A stretch of 64,000 nucleotides of DNA from Acaryochloridaceae cyanobacterium VAR_48_metabat_390 (GTDB lineage: Bacteria; Cyanobacteriota; Cyanobacteriia; Thermosynechococcales; Thermosynechococcaceae), in the NCBI GenBank assembly GCA_031422435.1, contig JANPLU010000107.1, positions 1-64,000 of the forward strand, read 5' to 3'. This document shows positions 17,894 through 28,904 of the stretch, piece by piece. Each line of letters begins with the position of its first letter. Positions within the stretch are counted from its first letter, which is position 1. A model generated the notes under the pieces. The model made no database searches, was not told the DNA's origin, and was given only the letters and a program-made list of their open reading frames with translations. A program made the position numbers and the translations under genes.

Positions 17894-18178
17894 ATTATTT
17901 CTGTAAGTCAGACATCAAAGAATTCTATCAATCATTGTAGGATGGAGCGTGAGTAAAAAATAGGGTTTTCCTAAAAATATTTGGCTCGACAATATAAAGC
18001 TAAACGTTACTTTTTTAGCTATTTTCCACAAGAGATCGGTACGGGTAACTTGCTTTAATAGTATCCAGCAGCACGTTCTCCGTGGTATGGTCTTGGTCTA
18101 TGGTGCCCATGCAGCGGCAATCGCATTAACTTGCGGCAAAATTAAGCTTTAGTATTCTAACGGCCTTAGTGTGTCGGT

Positions 18179-19069
18179 ATGCCTTGGTTGCGGATTGTCA
18201 GTGGAGTGATTGCCATTACCCTTGCGCTTACAGCAACTGTGCTGGGGGGCTGGTACTTCACGGCTGGATTCTGCATTTTGGTTTACTTAGGTCAGACCGA
18301 ATATTTTGACCTAGTAAAGGCCAAGGGTATCGCACCCGCTCGAAAAACGACGCTGGCGGTTAGCCAAGTCATGCTGATTTTGTCAGCGGCCTCTGTGTAT
18401 TTAGAAAATCCAGGGCTGGCGGATGCGGTATTGCCCATTGCCGCAACGCTCATCTGCTTTTATCCCATTTTTTTGCCGAAGCTATCTACCATTGCCGGAA
18501 TTGCCAGCTCGGTGCTGGGTCTACTGTATGCCGGCTATCTCCCCAGCTACTGGATTCGGCTACGGCTTTTAGAAAGCACTCAGGCAACCCAATCACCTCT
18601 AGAGGGCTATTGGCCCAGTGCTTGGCCTACGTTTAGCAGTATGCCCATGGGATTAAGCGTGACGCTACTGGCCTTTTTTTGCATCTGGGCGGCAGATATT
18701 GGTGCCTACACGGTGGGCAGGCTATTTGGCAAAACGCGGCTCTCTGACATTAGCCCCAAGAAAACTGTGGAGGGGGCAATGTTTGGCGTAGCGGGCAGTG
18801 CTGGCGTGGCGATCGCCGGAGCTTGGGTGCTCCATTGGCCCTACTGGATTTTGAGCGGCGCGATTTTAGGGTTACTGATTGGGGTTACGAGCCTACTGGG
18901 TGACTTAACGGAATCTATGATGAAGCGAGACGCTGGCGTTAAAGATTCGGGTCAGTTAATCCCTGGACACGGCGGCATTTTAGACCGTGCCGATAGCTAC
19001 GTGTTTACAGCGCCCCTTGTATACTTTTACGTCACATTACTGCTGCCGCTGTTGAGAGTGCTTCAGTAG
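18179..19069 (+). CDS. cdsA: Phosphatidate cytidylyltransferase
   Basis: SPKKTVEG, KRDAGVKDSG, PGHGGILDR. Confidence 0.95.
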   Translation: MPWLRIVSGVIAITLALTATVLGGWYFTAGFCILVYLGQTEYFDLVKAKGIAPARKTTLAVSQVMLILSAASVYLENPGLADAVLPIAATLICFYPIFLPKLSTIAGIASSVLGLLYAGYLPSYWIRLRLLESTQATQSPLEGYWPSAWPTFSSMPMGLSVTLLAFFCIWAADIGAYTVGRLFGKTRLSDISPKKTVEGAMFGVAGSAGVAIAGAWVLHWPYWILSGAILGLLIGVTSLLGDLTESMMKRDAGVKDSGQLIPGHGGILDRADSYVFTAPLVYFYVTLLLPLLRVLQ

Positions 19070-19210
19070 AGAGGTGTCTGAAATGACAGATTCACCTCAG
19101 AAAGCCGTCCTAAATTAGAAAGCGACAGCTTCAGAATTTAATCTAGATCTGACGTTCACAGGGGCAAGCACTTCAAAGAACCGCTCACCCTAAAGCTTGG
19201 AGAACAGACC

Positions 19211-20113
19211 ATGACAGCCGAGATCAACAACGAAACGGAACCCTCTGAAAAAGTTTCAAAGAAAGACAAAAAGCATAAAAAAGACAAGGCTAAAAAATTT
19301 ATTAGCTACGACGAGTTTGAAGAAAGCGTAACCGCTAAAAAATTTAGCAGTAAATTTTATGATGCTGAGCTGCTGCGCCTCCAGTCAGAGCTGGTCAAAA
19401 TGCAGTACTGGGTAAAGCACACGGGCTGCCGCATTGTGATGATCTTTGAAGGCCGTGATGCTGCGGGTAAGGGCGGCACCATCAAGCGCATTACCGAACC
19501 GCTCAATCCACGGGGCTGTAGAGTGGTGGCGCTGGGCACGCCTAGCGATCGCGAGAAGACTCAGTGGTACTTCCAGCGTTATGTGCCCCATCTACCTGGA
19601 GCAGGCGAAATTGTTTGTTTTGACCGAAGCTGGTACAACCGTGCTGGGGTTGAACACGTCATGGGCTTTTGTACCGACGAGCAGTACCAAGAGTTTATGC
19701 AAACCTGCCCCGAATTTGAGCGGATGCTGGTGCGCTCCGGCATTATTTTGCTGAAATACTGGTTTTCGGTCAGCGATGAAGAACAAGAGCGGCGGTTTCA
19801 GTCTCGCACCACAGACCCCATGCGTCGCTGGAAGCTTAGCCCCATGGATCTAGAATCGCGCGATCGCTGGGTGGAGTATTCCAAGGCAAAGGACATTATG
19901 TTTGCCCATACCAATATCCCAGAAGCACCCTGGTTTACCGTTGAAGCCGACGACAAAAAACGCGCTCGCCTAAACTGCATTAGGCATGTGCTAAGCAAAA
20001 TTCCCTATGTGGATATGACCCCAGAACCGCTGGAGCTACCGCCCCGCAGACCTGCCCAAGACTATGTGCGCCCACCGCTCAATGAGCAGTTTTTTGTTCC
20101 CCATGCCTACTAG
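19211..20113 (+). CDS. ppk2: Polyphosphate kinase 2
   Basis: EGRDAAGKGG, FDRSWYNR, WKLSPMD. Confidence 0.95.
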   Translation: MTAEINNETEPSEKVSKKDKKHKKDKAKKFISYDEFEESVTAKKFSSKFYDAELLRLQSELVKMQYWVKHTGCRIVMIFEGRDAAGKGGTIKRITEPLNPRGCRVVALGTPSDREKTQWYFQRYVPHLPGAGEIVCFDRSWYNRAGVEHVMGFCTDEQYQEFMQTCPEFERMLVRSGIILLKYWFSVSDEEQERRFQSRTTDPMRRWKLSPMDLESRDRWVEYSKAKDIMFAHTNIPEAPWFTVEADDKKRARLNCIRHVLSKIPYVDMTPEPLELPPRRPAQDYVRPPLNEQFFVPHAY

Positions 20114-20125
20114 GTAACAGAGGCG

Positions 20126-20665
20126 CTAACCCTTTGGCGCACCCCTTGAGGCCGTAATCTGCCATTCTTGAATGAGGGTGCTAGGAATGTTGAGCACCCG
20201 TCCTTTTTGGCTTTGGGTAGGAATCACAGCCTGCCAATCTACCGTGGGGTTAAGCTGCGCAACAACTTCTTCCAAGCGATATTGACCCACATGAAAATCG
20301 GGCGAGATCCGATTTTTGGTCAACGCTCCAGGGTCGGGCTGCGCCAAGAATGAGTCCCCTTTTTTATTTTGCAGCACTAGGGGCTGGTCATGGGCAATGG
20401 CAACCATCCCAGGAAAGCCCACTAGGCGTAGATAAACATCGTCTTGGCGACCTGGGTAAACCTGGCGAAAAACAATCACCTGCCAGGAATAGCCATCTTG
20501 ATCAGGCAGGGTTTGCTTTGCCTTAAACAGGATTTGTCCAGGCTTTTCTTCATGTTGGGTAAAGGTTGCAAGGGCGTTAGGTGCTGCCCACATCATGCTG
20601 CTGCTGAGAATGAGCATTAGCATAACGCCGCTGACCATAAGCCGCCTTATCCATTGATGTTTCAT
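20126..20665 (-). CDS. DUF3122-like exported protein
   Basis: Signal peptide; SWQVIVF...LRLVGFPG motif. Confidence 0.7.
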   Translation of the reverse strand: MKHQWIRRLMVSGVMLMLILSSSMMWAAPNALATFTQHEEKPGQILFKAKQTLPDQDGYSWQVIVFRQVYPGRQDDVYLRLVGFPGMVAIAHDQPLVLQNKKGDSFLAQPDPGALTKNRISPDFHVGQYRLEEVVAQLNPTVDWQAVIPTQSQKGRVLNIPSTLIQEWQITASRGAPKG

Positions 20666-20670
20666 GTCGC

Positions 20671-21420
20671 TTAAGAGATTGCCGAGTTAAAAATGGGTAG
20701 CTCAGCTTCTTTGATGGGCTGAAAAGGCCGTAGCCGAATGTCTTGATAAAACTCTTTCTGCTCTAGCTCAATTTTGCTTTGGGCACTCAGCAGCAGCAGC
20801 GCCCAAAATAACCCCACCCGATCATTTTTAATTTGCAGCAATGCCTCAAAATCTAGCCAATGCTCCCCTAGGCAGGTATCCGCTAAGATTTGCTCTAGCT
20901 CTCCTGCCACCTCCGTCATGTTCTCTGCATGGGAGAGCTGAGAAATAGCCTTTATGGACTGGGCACGCGTCGGCCGCACGACCTTCTTGGTTTTGCCCTG
21001 ACGAGACTGGCGATCGACCGCAACAGCAATCAGCTCTAGCTGCTGAATCAGTTCGCCTAGTGTGACTCGCCGCAGTGGGAATGGGTGCGCGACGGGGCGA
21101 CGATGCAGCCGCCGCTCTAAGTTAAGCGGTAGGGTGCCCGTCACAAACTCTACCTCTTCGTCTAGAAACTCAAAAGGTTCTTCTACTAAGTCCTCAGCCG
21201 GATCTAGACCTGCTAAAGACTCCGCCTTCAGCAAAATCAGCATGGAGGCATATAGAAAGGCTTGACCAGAGGTTGCTAAGTCTTGAGAACTCTTAAGCGT
21301 AAGCTCGCTCAAGAACCGATCAAACACTTCAACTACATTGACGTCCCAAGGATCAATCTCGCCACGTTGCGCTAAGTCAATGAGAAGGGTGATCGCATCA
21401 TCTGCAAAAGAATGACTCAT
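20671..21420 (-). CDS. scpA: Segregation and condensation protein A
   Basis: GEIDPWDV, YASMLILLKA, FWALLLL...LEQxEFY. Confidence 0.85.
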   Translation of the reverse strand: MSHSFADDAITLLIDLAQRGEIDPWDVNVVEVFDRFLSELTLKSSQDLATSGQAFLYASMLILLKAESLAGLDPAEDLVEEPFEFLDEEVEFVTGTLPLNLERRLHRRPVAHPFPLRRVTLGELIQQLELIAVAVDRQSRQGKTKKVVRPTRAQSIKAISQLSHAENMTEVAGELEQILADTCLGEHWLDFEALLQIKNDRVGLFWALLLLSAQSKIELEQKEFYQDIRLRPFQPIKEAELPIFNSAIS

Positions 21421-21472
21421 AAGGGAAACCCAGGGTTGAGCCGATTGGACAAGGACAGCTAAGTATTACTAA

Positions 21473-21650
21473 GGATCGTGGATTAAATAACCTAGAGAAT
21501 TGCTTTGCAGCGACGCGCTTTGCACTCCCTCATCCCCTAACCCCTTCTCCCAGGGCGGGAGAAGGGGAACAAGATTCTTACTCTCCTCTCCCGCCTTGGG
21601 AGAGGGGCTGGGGGAGAGGGGCAAAGTTGAGGTTATTTAATCCACAATCC
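21473..21650. mobile_element. MITE of 178 bp with ~21-bp TIRs, TAA target duplication and internal REP-like hairpins
   Basis: Left GGATCGTGGATTAAATAACCT, right AGGTTATTTAATCCACAATCC (1 mismatch); TAA on both sides. Confidence 0.85.
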
Positions 21651-21988
21651 TAAGCATCAATCGTCATTTTAGCGCTCGGCAAAAGACGCTGCTGCTCTTC
21701 AATTTCAGCTTTATAGCGCTCAATGTCTGCCTCTAATACCTCAATTTGCTGATCTCGTTCTTCTAGTTCCTGCTTAGTGCCCAGCACAGACTGAAGTCTT
21801 GTCCAGACGCTAAAGACCCAAGCCAATACTGCCCCAATGCCCATCGCTAAAATTAGCTCAATGGAGAGGGGAGCCTTGAACTCAATTCCCTCAATGATTT
21901 TGATGCCAACAAGCTGGGTGTTTTCAATGCCAAATAAAACGAGAGCCAAGCAAATCACAAAAATAATCGAGAAATTAACCTGCCGCAT
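21650..21988 (-). CDS. LapA (DUF1049)-family membrane protein
   Basis: Two TM helices with ENT motif, then a coiled coil. Confidence 0.75.
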   Translation of the reverse strand: MRQVNFSIIFVICLALVLFGIENTQLVGIKIIEGIEFKAPLSIELILAMGIGAVLAWVFSVWTRLQSVLGTKQELEERDQQIEVLEADIERYKAEIEEQQRLLPSAKMTIDA

Positions 21989-22268
21989 CAGTCAACTCCC
22001 AAAGCTGATAAATCAACATAACCGAAATTAATATAGAAAATTTTGACAGCCATTGTCTGCTTAAAGGGCAAAGTGGCGTAATAGTTAGAAACCTTAATCA
22101 TAAGCGACCACTTCCAGATTCCTCAGAAGTTTATAGATTTTAGGCTAATGGAGTGGTAAACCACTAACTAAAGTTGAGGAACTGAACATCTTCATGACCC
22201 TGGGGGTATGATGACCTAAGTAAGGTTTTGATGTACAGCCTCACAATCCGGTTTAGAGGGTAGATGTT

Positions 22269-22481
22269 ATGAATGCAACGCAAGTCAATCATCCCAATAT
22301 CGCCACTCTGACGGAAACAGATGTTTCCAACCTGGCGCTGCGCCTAGAAGAGGATGATTATGGCACTCCCTTTGAAGCGCTTAACGACTGGCATCTTCTG
22401 CGCGCCCTTGCCTTTCAGCGCCCTGAGCTGGTGGAGCCATATCTGTATTTACTAGATTTAGAAGCCTTTGATGAATCCTAG
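22269..22481 (+). CDS. DUF2555-like conserved cyanobacterial protein
   Basis: RLEEDDYxxPFEALxDWHLLRALAF; usual position upstream of coaBC. Confidence 0.75.
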   Translation: MNATQVNHPNIATLTETDVSNLALRLEEDDYGTPFEALNDWHLLRALAFQRPELVEPYLYLLDLEAFDES

Positions 22482-22514
22482 CCCCTGCCAATGGGTTAAG
22501 GGAACTCAGTTGAG

Positions 22515-23729
22515 ATGAGCGGTTTGCTAGCAGGCAAGCGAATTTTAGTGGGCATTGGCGGTGGCGTGGCGGCCTATAAAATTTGTGAAGTTATTTCTAC
22601 GTTGGCAAAGGCGGGTGCAGAAGTCCGAGCCATTTTGACCAGCGCTGCCCAGCAGTTTATTCCGCCACTCACAGTCACAACCCTCAGCCGTCATCCAGTT
22701 TATACCGATGAATCTTTTTGGGCGGCGGTACACGAACGTCCGCTTCACATTCAGCTAGGCGAATGGGCGGATGTATTTTTAATTGCGCCGCTGACGGCGA
22801 ATACGCTGAGCAAACTGGCGCTGGGGCTAGCAGATAATTTATTGACCAATACGGTACTGGCCTCAACCTGCCCTATTCTGGTTGCTCCAGCCATGAATAC
22901 GGCGATGTGGCAGCAGCCTACGGTTCAGCAGCGCTGGCAAGAACTAACGGCCTTAGAACGGTTTCATGCCCTGGGGCCAGAGGAGGGGCTGCTGGCTTGT
23001 GACACGGTGGGCACGGGTCGAATGGCGGAACCAGAGGATATTGTGCCGTATCTTGCTTCGCTGCTCTACAGTAGAGGGCAGCGAGATTTGGCAAACAAGC
23101 GGATTTTGATCAGCAGTGGCGGTACGCGGGAGTATCTAGACACAGTGCGGTTTATCGGCAATCCGGCAACGGGCAAGATGGGCTTAGCCTTAGCGACAGC
23201 GGCTTGGCACCGAGGGGCTGTGGTGGAGTTGGTACAGGCATCTATGTTAGAGTTTCCGAGCGGCAGCGCCATTACTGTGACCAATGTGGTGAGTGCAGCA
23301 CAAATGCAAGCTGCACTGGTGTCTGCATTCCCTCAAGCAGACTGGACGATTATGGCGGCGGCGGTGGCAGATGTGAAACCCCAGCAGACTGCTGCAACAA
23401 AGCTACCCAAGCATGAACTGCCCACGGCCTTACCCCTTGAGCCAGTCCCTGATATTGTGCAGGCGCTGAGCCAGCTTAAGCGGCTTCATCAGCGGCTTAT
23501 TGGGTTTGCGGCACAGACGGGGGATATTGTGCCCCCTGCCCTAGAAAAGCTAAAGCGAAAAGGGCTAGATGCCATTGTGGCAAATCCGATTGATTTGGAA
23601 GGCAGCGGCTTTGGGGGCGATCGCAATCAGGCCGTTTTCATCAATGCCCAAGGCCATCAAACTCCCATTCCTTACTGCACCAAACTTGAGATGGCGCACC
23701 GGATTTTAGATTTGATTAGCGACGCTTGA
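22515..23729 (+). CDS. coaBC: Phosphopantothenoylcysteine decarboxylase/ligase
   Basis: GGVAAYK, PAMN, LACDxxGxGRM, VRFIGN, GFAAQ. Confidence 0.95.
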   Translation: MSGLLAGKRILVGIGGGVAAYKICEVISTLAKAGAEVRAILTSAAQQFIPPLTVTTLSRHPVYTDESFWAAVHERPLHIQLGEWADVFLIAPLTANTLSKLALGLADNLLTNTVLASTCPILVAPAMNTAMWQQPTVQQRWQELTALERFHALGPEEGLLACDTVGTGRMAEPEDIVPYLASLLYSRGQRDLANKRILISSGGTREYLDTVRFIGNPATGKMGLALATAAWHRGAVVELVQASMLEFPSGSAITVTNVVSAAQMQAALVSAFPQADWTIMAAAVADVKPQQTAATKLPKHELPTALPLEPVPDIVQALSQLKRLHQRLIGFAAQTGDIVPPALEKLKRKGLDAIVANPIDLEGSGFGGDRNQAVFINAQGHQTPIPYCTKLEMAHRILDLISDA

Positions 23730-23760
23730 TTTCTACGCCTTCTATCGAAAGCACCAAATC

Positions 23761-24318
23761 TTAAACCATTAGCGATGCATTAAAGCCCTTAATTAATTCG
23801 ACCGCGTCGTGACCATCGGTTTCTGAGAGAAACACCTTGACTTTTTCATCCCGAGCCGTTGGCAACACCTTACCCACAAAATCTGGGTGAATGGGCAGCT
23901 CTCGGTGCCCGCGGTCAATCAGCACAACTAAATGAATAATGCTGGGGCGACCGTAGTCATGAATTGCATTCAGCGCCGCTCGTGCGGTTCGACCGCTGTA
24001 GATTACATCATCGACCAATACGACGATCTTACCCGTTAAATCTGTGGGCAAATCCGTTTTGCCAGGAGTTCGCACCGTAATTCGGTCCAAATCATCCCGA
24101 TAAAAGGTAATATCCAAAGCCCCCACGGGAACCTGGATTTGCTCCAAATGCTCAATTTGCTGGGCTAAAAGCTTCGCCAAGGGCAATCCATGCGTAAGTA
24201 CCCCCAAAATAACAATCTGGTCAAGCTGACGGCATCGCTCCACAACCTGAGACGCTAAGCGCGTGATGGTGCGCCGTAGCTCTTGGGCACTCAGAATTTC
24301 AACAACATTTTGAGTCAT
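23761..24318 (-). CDS. pyrR: Pyrimidine operon regulator / UPRTase
   Basis: [28 protein letters not shown]. Confidence 0.95.
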   Translation of the reverse strand: MTQNVVEILSAQELRRTITRLASQVVERCRQLDQIVILGVLTHGLPLAKLLAQQIEHLEQIQVPVGALDITFYRDDLDRITVRTPGKTDLPTDLTGKIVVLVDDVIYSGRTARAALNAIHDYGRPSIIHLVVLIDRGHRELPIHPDFVGKVLPTARDEKVKVFLSETDGHDAVELIKGFNASLMV

Positions 24319-24512
24319 GGCATTCCATACAGGTGCAGCAGTGGCTTTCGTTAACCCCTGCTAGGGCTAAGTTCTGATTTTAGTGTTCTTAAGAGAAAAA
24401 TAAGAGCGTTTTGGTGACCCATCGCAATAGACCGCAAGAAGTAAGTGGCGCTAAAGTTACCTCTCCGATACGCTAGACCGATAGACTCAGCACAGATGCC
24501 AAACCAGCCCTC

Positions 24513-25385
24513 ATGAATGTTACCGCCGGAACCGCCCTCAACCCCAGCGCAGACTATGCTCGCATTACCAAAGCCATTGCTTTTATGCGGCAAAACTGCG
24601 ATCGCCAGCCCCATCTCTCCGTCATAGCCGATCACATTCACCTCAGCGAGTATCATTTCCAGCGTCTCTTTACACGATGGGCAGGAATTAGCCCTAAGCG
24701 GTTTATGCAGTTCCTTACCCTTGAGTATGCCAAGTCTCAGATTGCTCAGACTAAAAGTCTGCTGGACTTGTCTTTGGATGTAGGGCTTTCGGATCCAGGA
24801 CGGCTCCATGATTCATTTGTCAATTTAGAAGCCATAACGCCGAGTGAATTTAAGGCAGGTGGCGCAGGCCTACAAATTGGATATGGCATCCATGAAACGC
24901 CGTTTGGTCCTGCATTGATTGCAACTACAACGCGCGGTATTTGTAATCTACATTTTTTAGAGGAAGCGGAAGAAGCGGCAGCCGTCCAGCTTTTGCGCCA
25001 GGAATGGAGAAAGGCTGAACTCATGCGAGATCAGTCAAAGACTCAAGAATTGTGTGATCGCATTTTTCCTACAGCCTCCACTTACGCTATTCAAGCGCCA
25101 CTCACGGTCGTGGTCAAAGGCACTCACTTTCAACTTCAGGTTTGGAAGGCGCTGCTTGATCTACCCGTTGGCACACTAACAACCTATCAGACTCTAGCTG
25201 CTTCCATTCAAAAGCCCACCGCTGCCAGAGCAATCGGTAATGCCGTAGGAAAAAACCCTGTTGGCTATCTCATTCCTTGCCATCGTGTCATTCGAGGATC
25301 GGGTGAGTTGGGGGGCTACCGCTGGGGTCTAGACCGCAAAGCCGCTTTAATAGGGTGGGAAGCAGAGTCCATACAGCACCCTTAG
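24513..25385 (+). CDS. AraC-HTH plus methylated-DNA-protein-cysteine methyltransferase
   Basis: HFQRLFTRWAGISPK HTH; IPCHRV active site. Confidence 0.9.
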   Translation: MNVTAGTALNPSADYARITKAIAFMRQNCDRQPHLSVIADHIHLSEYHFQRLFTRWAGISPKRFMQFLTLEYAKSQIAQTKSLLDLSLDVGLSDPGRLHDSFVNLEAITPSEFKAGGAGLQIGYGIHETPFGPALIATTTRGICNLHFLEEAEEAAAVQLLRQEWRKAELMRDQSKTQELCDRIFPTASTYAIQAPLTVVVKGTHFQLQVWKALLDLPVGTLTTYQTLAASIQKPTAARAIGNAVGKNPVGYLIPCHRVIRGSGELGGYRWGLDRKAALIGWEAESIQHP

Positions 25386-25388
25386 CAC

Positions 25389-25424
25389 AAGCAAAGCCAC
25401 AGAAATATTTCTGTGGCTTTGCTT
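25389..25424. terminator. Perfect 36-bp palindrome between convergent genes (bidirectional terminator)
   Basis: AAGCAAAGCCACAGAAAT/ATTTCTGTGGCTTTGCTT. Confidence 0.7.
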
Positions 25425-25456
25425 TGAGATTGAAACTAAAACAAGCCGCTACGGCC

Positions 25457-26467
25457 TTATGCAGCCGCTTTAACCTGCGCTTCAGACTTAGCCATGAGCG
25501 TCCGGTAAGTAGCACGCATTTTTAAGCCTGCCAGAACCTGAAATAACCCCGACCCATTATTAGAACCTGGATAATCGCGGTGCTTGAGCAACAGCTCCGT
25601 CATTTCACCCGGGAAGTCAACCGAAGTGTTGCTGAGGTGGCTCTCAACGTAAAGCATTTCGTCAAGGCGCTCAAACTGACCGTCTACTTCTAAAACAGAG
25701 ACGCTGTTGCCGTAGTATTCGTCAGGACCGTAGAACATCTTGATGCCGGGGTAAGAGCAGGTTAGTTTTCGACCGCAGGGCACCCAATTAATCGTAGACC
25801 CTTCATCGAATAGATACACTGGCTCAAAGTCAGGCACATTATCTTTTTGGACTAGACGCACCCGCAGCAGGCTGCCTGGCTTTTCTTCCTTGGGGACAAG
25901 CTGGGTCGGCAAAATCTGAATGACGACATCAGCATGCTTTTTCTGAGGGTCAATGTAGGCTTCAAAGTCTGGCTTACGGGCGTTGATAGCGGCTAGCACA
26001 TCGTCGTAGGAGTGACCGCGCTCAGCCATATCCCGCTGGATTTTCCAGTTGATTTTAACTTCGTCGCTAATGTCGAGGTAGACACTGAAGTCGATCAAAG
26101 ACCGAACGCGCTCATCATGGAGCGGATGAAGCCCTTCAATGACCACTACGCGGTTGGGTTCCACCAGTTCCGGCGGGTCGATTAACCCCGTCTCATGGTT
26201 GTAGATGGGCTTATTGATGGTTTGACCACCTTTGAGCGCCTTCATTTGCTCGTACATCAGATCAAAGTTGTTGGCGCGGGGGTCTAGCGCCGTAATGCCG
26301 GTTTCTTTCCGTTGATAGCGATCCAGACTGTGGTAGTCGTCCAGGCAGATCACGGTCATAAAATCTTCCCCAAACAAGTCTGTCAGGCGTTGGAGGAAGG
26401 TGGATTTACCGCACCCAGAGTCTCCGGCAACGCCGATCAGTACCACGCGGTCTGGCTTACTGCTCAT
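25457..26467 (-). CDS. prk: Phosphoribulokinase
   Basis: Start MSSKPDR; GDSGCGKST, CLDDYHSLDR, WVPCGRKLTCS. Confidence 0.97.
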   Translation of the reverse strand: MSSKPDRVVLIGVAGDSGCGKSTFLQRLTDLFGEDFMTVICLDDYHSLDRYQRKETGITALDPRANNFDLMYEQMKALKGGQTINKPIYNHETGLIDPPELVEPNRVVVIEGLHPLHDERVRSLIDFSVYLDISDEVKINWKIQRDMAERGHSYDDVLAAINARKPDFEAYIDPQKKHADVVIQILPTQLVPKEEKPGSLLRVRLVQKDNVPDFEPVYLFDEGSTINWVPCGRKLTCSYPGIKMFYGPDEYYGNSVSVLEVDGQFERLDEMLYVESHLSNTSVDFPGEMTELLLKHRDYPGSNNGSGLFQVLAGLKMRATYRTLMAKSEAQVKAAA

Positions 26468-26734
26468 AACTACGGTTCCCTCTTTTATCAATCTTTCAAC
26501 AGCACAGGATTTTGGTCGTGCAAGCAGAATGAGAAAGATTCGCTCATCTTGAATTGCATTGCCCCTTATTGATATTACAAGGCGATCGCCCACTCTGAAT
26601 AGCTATCTTGAGGAATGCTTTTAAGGGTGTTGCTCCGATCCCTCTGCTAGCGTCAAAAGTGGGTCATATCCTGATCCCCTCAGGCCGCCGCTACAGAAAT
26701 ATAAAGGCTGGTGGTAAATGCCTGCTCTGTCTAT

Positions 26735-27055
26735 TTATGTGTTGGAGTTAGGGGGCAAGGCTGGCTGTAGGGCTAACTTAACAGCTAACGCAATTAGACC
26801 AACGGTCACAAGCCCAAAAATTCCGGTACCCATGGTCATGCCGCCAATGACTAAGGTGCGGACGGCAGCGGAGAGGTTCATCACAATGGTGCTGTGAGAG
26901 ACGGTAGGGTGTGTCATCAGGGACTGCACGACCGAGGTGGTTAGGCGATAGAGCAGCATGGTCATGCCCCCTGCGATCGCTGCACCTATGAGCGACCTGA
27001 GCGGAGTCAGCGGCTTATCAGCGATATCAGTGGGGGGCAGAGAAGGTTGATTCAT
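26735..27055 (-). CDS. DUF3082-like membrane protein
   Basis: TPLRSLIGA...SAAVRTLVIG motif; two TM segments. Confidence 0.65.
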   Translation of the reverse strand: MNQPSLPPTDIADKPLTPLRSLIGAAIAGGMTMLLYRLTTSVVQSLMTHPTVSHSTIVMNLSAAVRTLVIGGMTMGTGIFGLVTVGLIALAVKLALQPALPPNSNT

Positions 27056-27270
27056 AAAGACTGTACTGAAATTTAGGAGTGGCTCTAGGGGGACTAGAAA
27101 GGTAGATGAGTCCAACTTGCTTTACCATAACAACCACAGATGTCGGAGCCAAAACGTAGCCCAATTCTGAGAGCTGCCCCCTTAATTTTGAAAGGTTGGC
27201 TTAAAATGTGAGAGGAATATGTAAAATTTTGTAATCTTTCGTTTGAGTATCCGTCAAGATAGCAAACTCC

Positions 27271-28242
27271 ATGACCTCAGTAACCTCCCTCTTTGCGCCA
27301 GTTGAAGCAGACCTTGACCAACTGGTGGAAAACCTGAAACAGCTTGTTGGGGCTAGGAATCCAATTTTATATGACGCCGCCGAGCATCTGTTTCAAGCTG
27401 GGGGGAAGCGAATGCGACCCGCCATTGTGTTCTTGCTCTCGCGGGCGATTTCGAGCGATAACGATATTTCAACGCGTCATCGTCGTCTGGCTGAAATTAC
27501 GGAGATGATCCACACCGCCAGCTTATTCCACGATGATGTGGTAGATGAGGCCGACATGCGGCGCGGCGTAGAGACGGTCAACTATCGCTTTGGCAACCGG
27601 ATTGCCATCCAGGCCGGAGATTTTATGTTTGCTCAGGCTTCTTGGTATTTGGCGAACCTAGACAGCCTGCCCGTGGTTAAGCTGCTCTCAGAGGTGATTA
27701 AAGACTTTGCCGAAGGTGAGATTCAGCAAGGGTTGAGCAGCTTTGACACAGATGTAACTCTAGAAAGCTACTTGGAAAAGTCTTACTACAAAACTGCTTC
27801 TCTCATTGCCAATAGCGCCAAAGCTACTGGGGTTTTAAGTGATGTCTCACCCGATTTACAGGAAGACCTGTATCAGTTTGGTCGAGGGGTAGGCTTAGCG
27901 TTTCAGGTGGTAGACGACATTTTGGACTTCACGGGCACAACGGATGCCCTGGGCAAGCCTGCTGGGTCTGACCTCAAAAGCGGAAATTTAACCGCCCCAG
28001 TGCTGTTTGCCATGGAGGAAAAGCCCTACCTTCAGGTGCTAATTGAGCGGGAGCTGACCGAGCCAGGGGATTTAGAAGAGGCGATCGCCCTTATTAATAA
28101 CAGCCAGGGCATTGAGCGATCGCGGGCTTTAGCAGAATCTTTCTCTGCCCAAGCGCTCCAGCGTCTTGAAAAGCTGCCGTCTTCACCCTCTAAGCAGGCG
28201 CTGGTGGAGCTGACGGACTACATCATTAAGCGACTATATTAG
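27271..28242 (+). CDS. sds: Solanesyl diphosphate synthase
   Basis: GGKRMRP, HDDVVD, FQVVDDILD. Confidence 0.9.
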   Translation: MTSVTSLFAPVEADLDQLVENLKQLVGARNPILYDAAEHLFQAGGKRMRPAIVFLLSRAISSDNDISTRHRRLAEITEMIHTASLFHDDVVDEADMRRGVETVNYRFGNRIAIQAGDFMFAQASWYLANLDSLPVVKLLSEVIKDFAEGEIQQGLSSFDTDVTLESYLEKSYYKTASLIANSAKATGVLSDVSPDLQEDLYQFGRGVGLAFQVVDDILDFTGTTDALGKPAGSDLKSGNLTAPVLFAMEEKPYLQVLIERELTEPGDLEEAIALINNSQGIERSRALAESFSAQALQRLEKLPSSPSKQALVELTDYIIKRLY

Positions 28243-28272
28243 TAGTTTTTCATCTGTAGAGTATCGGCACCC

Positions 28273-28893
28273 ATGACAAAGGAAACAGTCGAGGCTCCAG
28301 TCCCTTCGGCCTCTCGGTGGGGGAGTTTGTGGCGACAGCAAAAAGACAACATTCTTACCATTGTGGTGGCGATTGTCTTAGCAGTGGTGATCCGCAGTTT
28401 TGTGGCGGAGTCGCGCTACATTCCATCGCCGTCGATGGTGCCCACCCTGTACCCAGGCGATCGCATTGTGGTCGAAAAGCTCTCTTATCGGTTTAGAGAT
28501 CCGAAACCCAGAGACGTGGTGGTGTTTTACCCACCCAGCCAACTTCAAGTGGCAGGCTACCCTGCCGATCAAGCCTTTATTAAGCGCGTGATTGCAGTAG
28601 CAGGTCAAACGGTGCAGGTGCATCAAGGCCGCGTATATGTTGACCAAACGCCCCTCAGTGAACCCTACATAGCCGAACCGCCTGCCTATGAGATGCCAGC
28701 AGTAAGAGTTCCCGCAGGGATGCTGTTTATGATGGGCGACAATCGCAACAACAGTAATGATTCCCACGTTTGGGGGTTTTTGCCGAGGTCGAATGTGATT
28801 GGGCGCGCCAACATACGGTTTTGGCCTCCAGGCGAGGCTGGGTTTCTGGCGGATTCTGCACCGCTTAACGCCGTAGCGAACCCATCACTTTGA
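28273..28893 (+). CDS. lepB: Signal peptidase I
   Basis: IPSPSMVPTL, FIKRVI, GDNRNNSNDS. Confidence 0.95.
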   Translation: MTKETVEAPVPSASRWGSLWRQQKDNILTIVVAIVLAVVIRSFVAESRYIPSPSMVPTLYPGDRIVVEKLSYRFRDPKPRDVVVFYPPSQLQVAGYPADQAFIKRVIAVAGQTVQVHQGRVYVDQTPLSEPYIAEPPAYEMPAVRVPAGMLFMMGDNRNNSNDSHVWGFLPRSNVIGRANIRFWPPGEAGFLADSAPLNAVANPSL

Positions 28894-28904
28894 ACTTGAC
28901 GACT

